The notes under the pieces are model-generated. The model was not told the DNA's origin. It searched no databases and saw only the letters and a program-made list of their open reading frames with translations. A stretch of DNA of 60,549 bases, filler included, from Hydrolagus affinis (taxonomy: Eukaryota): the NCBI GenBank assembly GCA_012026655.1. It is 5 parts of 5 records of this genome, joined end to end, with 100 filler letters (N's around TTAATTAATTAA, not from the genome) between each part and the next. Parts side by side here need not be neighbours in the genome. Positions count along the whole stretch, not along the records: positions 47,972 to 60,549 come from JAAILG010021729.1; 4 more parts are not named here. One strand, given 5' to 3'. Shown here in pieces: positions 60,285 through 60,549 of this stretch. The number at the start of each line of letters is the position of its first letter. Position 1 is the first letter of the stretch. Both the position numbers and the translations under genes were made by a program.

Positions 60285-60549
60285 GGAGCTCCTGTGGCTC
60301 AGTGGTTAGAGCACTTGTCTTGCAAGCTGGGGAGACCAAGCTGGGGAGACCTGTGGTTCGAATCCAGGCAGGTCAGGACGAAACCTTGGGCAAGTTTCCT
60401 TACTCCACACGCCTAATAATAATCCCTCCAAAAACAACCACAATAATAAAATTGGTCATTTCAATCCACGACTGTTTGTGGGACACTGCTGTGCGCAATT
60501 GGCTGCCGCGATTCGCCCACAAATATATACAGTCAATTCACTTTACAGC
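60285..60549 (+). mobile_element. tRNA/Deu-type SINE, young copy truncated by the window end
   Basis: GGAGCTCCTGTGGCTCAGTGGTTAGAGCAC A-box region, GGTTCGAATCC B box, GTGGGACACTGCTGTGCGCAATTGGCTGCCGCG central domain. Confidence 0.9.

Overview
Vertebrate genomic DNA from a cartilaginous fish, inferred from the repeat complement (L2/CR1 LINEs, tRNA/Deu-type SINEs, Penelope-like fragments) and the style of the immune genes; the species cannot be fixed from sequence alone. The window is five contigs joined by four identical artificial 100-bp linkers (N44-TTAATTAATTAA-N44), so adjacency across linkers is unproven. Contig 1 (1-10347): a minus-strand tandem array of seven TCR-beta V genes, each with a 49-nt leader exon, a V exon and a 23-RSS, plus an orphan leader and a solo LTR. 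Contig 2 (10448-24006): four divergent TCR alpha/delta-type V segments on the minus strand, two intact and two pseudogenes; one carries the TCR V-promoter decamer. Contig 3 (24107-35082): three decayed tRNA genes, an isolated IgM-type CH1 exon and a GPR139-like GPCR pseudo-exon. Contig 4 (35183-47871): LINEs, a lone signal-peptide exon, and a minus-strand IgSF gene ordered C1 - TM - short tail exon - Cys-rich exon - C1 - C1, so two C1-set domains lie 3' of the transmembrane exon. Contig 5 (47972-60549): the last exon of a rho-class GST and a decayed non-rearranging VJ-C1-TM gene with an Arg at the start of the TM. The most interesting candidates are the C1-TM-C1-C1 gene and the pre-joined VJ-C1 antigen-receptor-like gene. 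All exon calls were made by hand from splice sites and reading phase.
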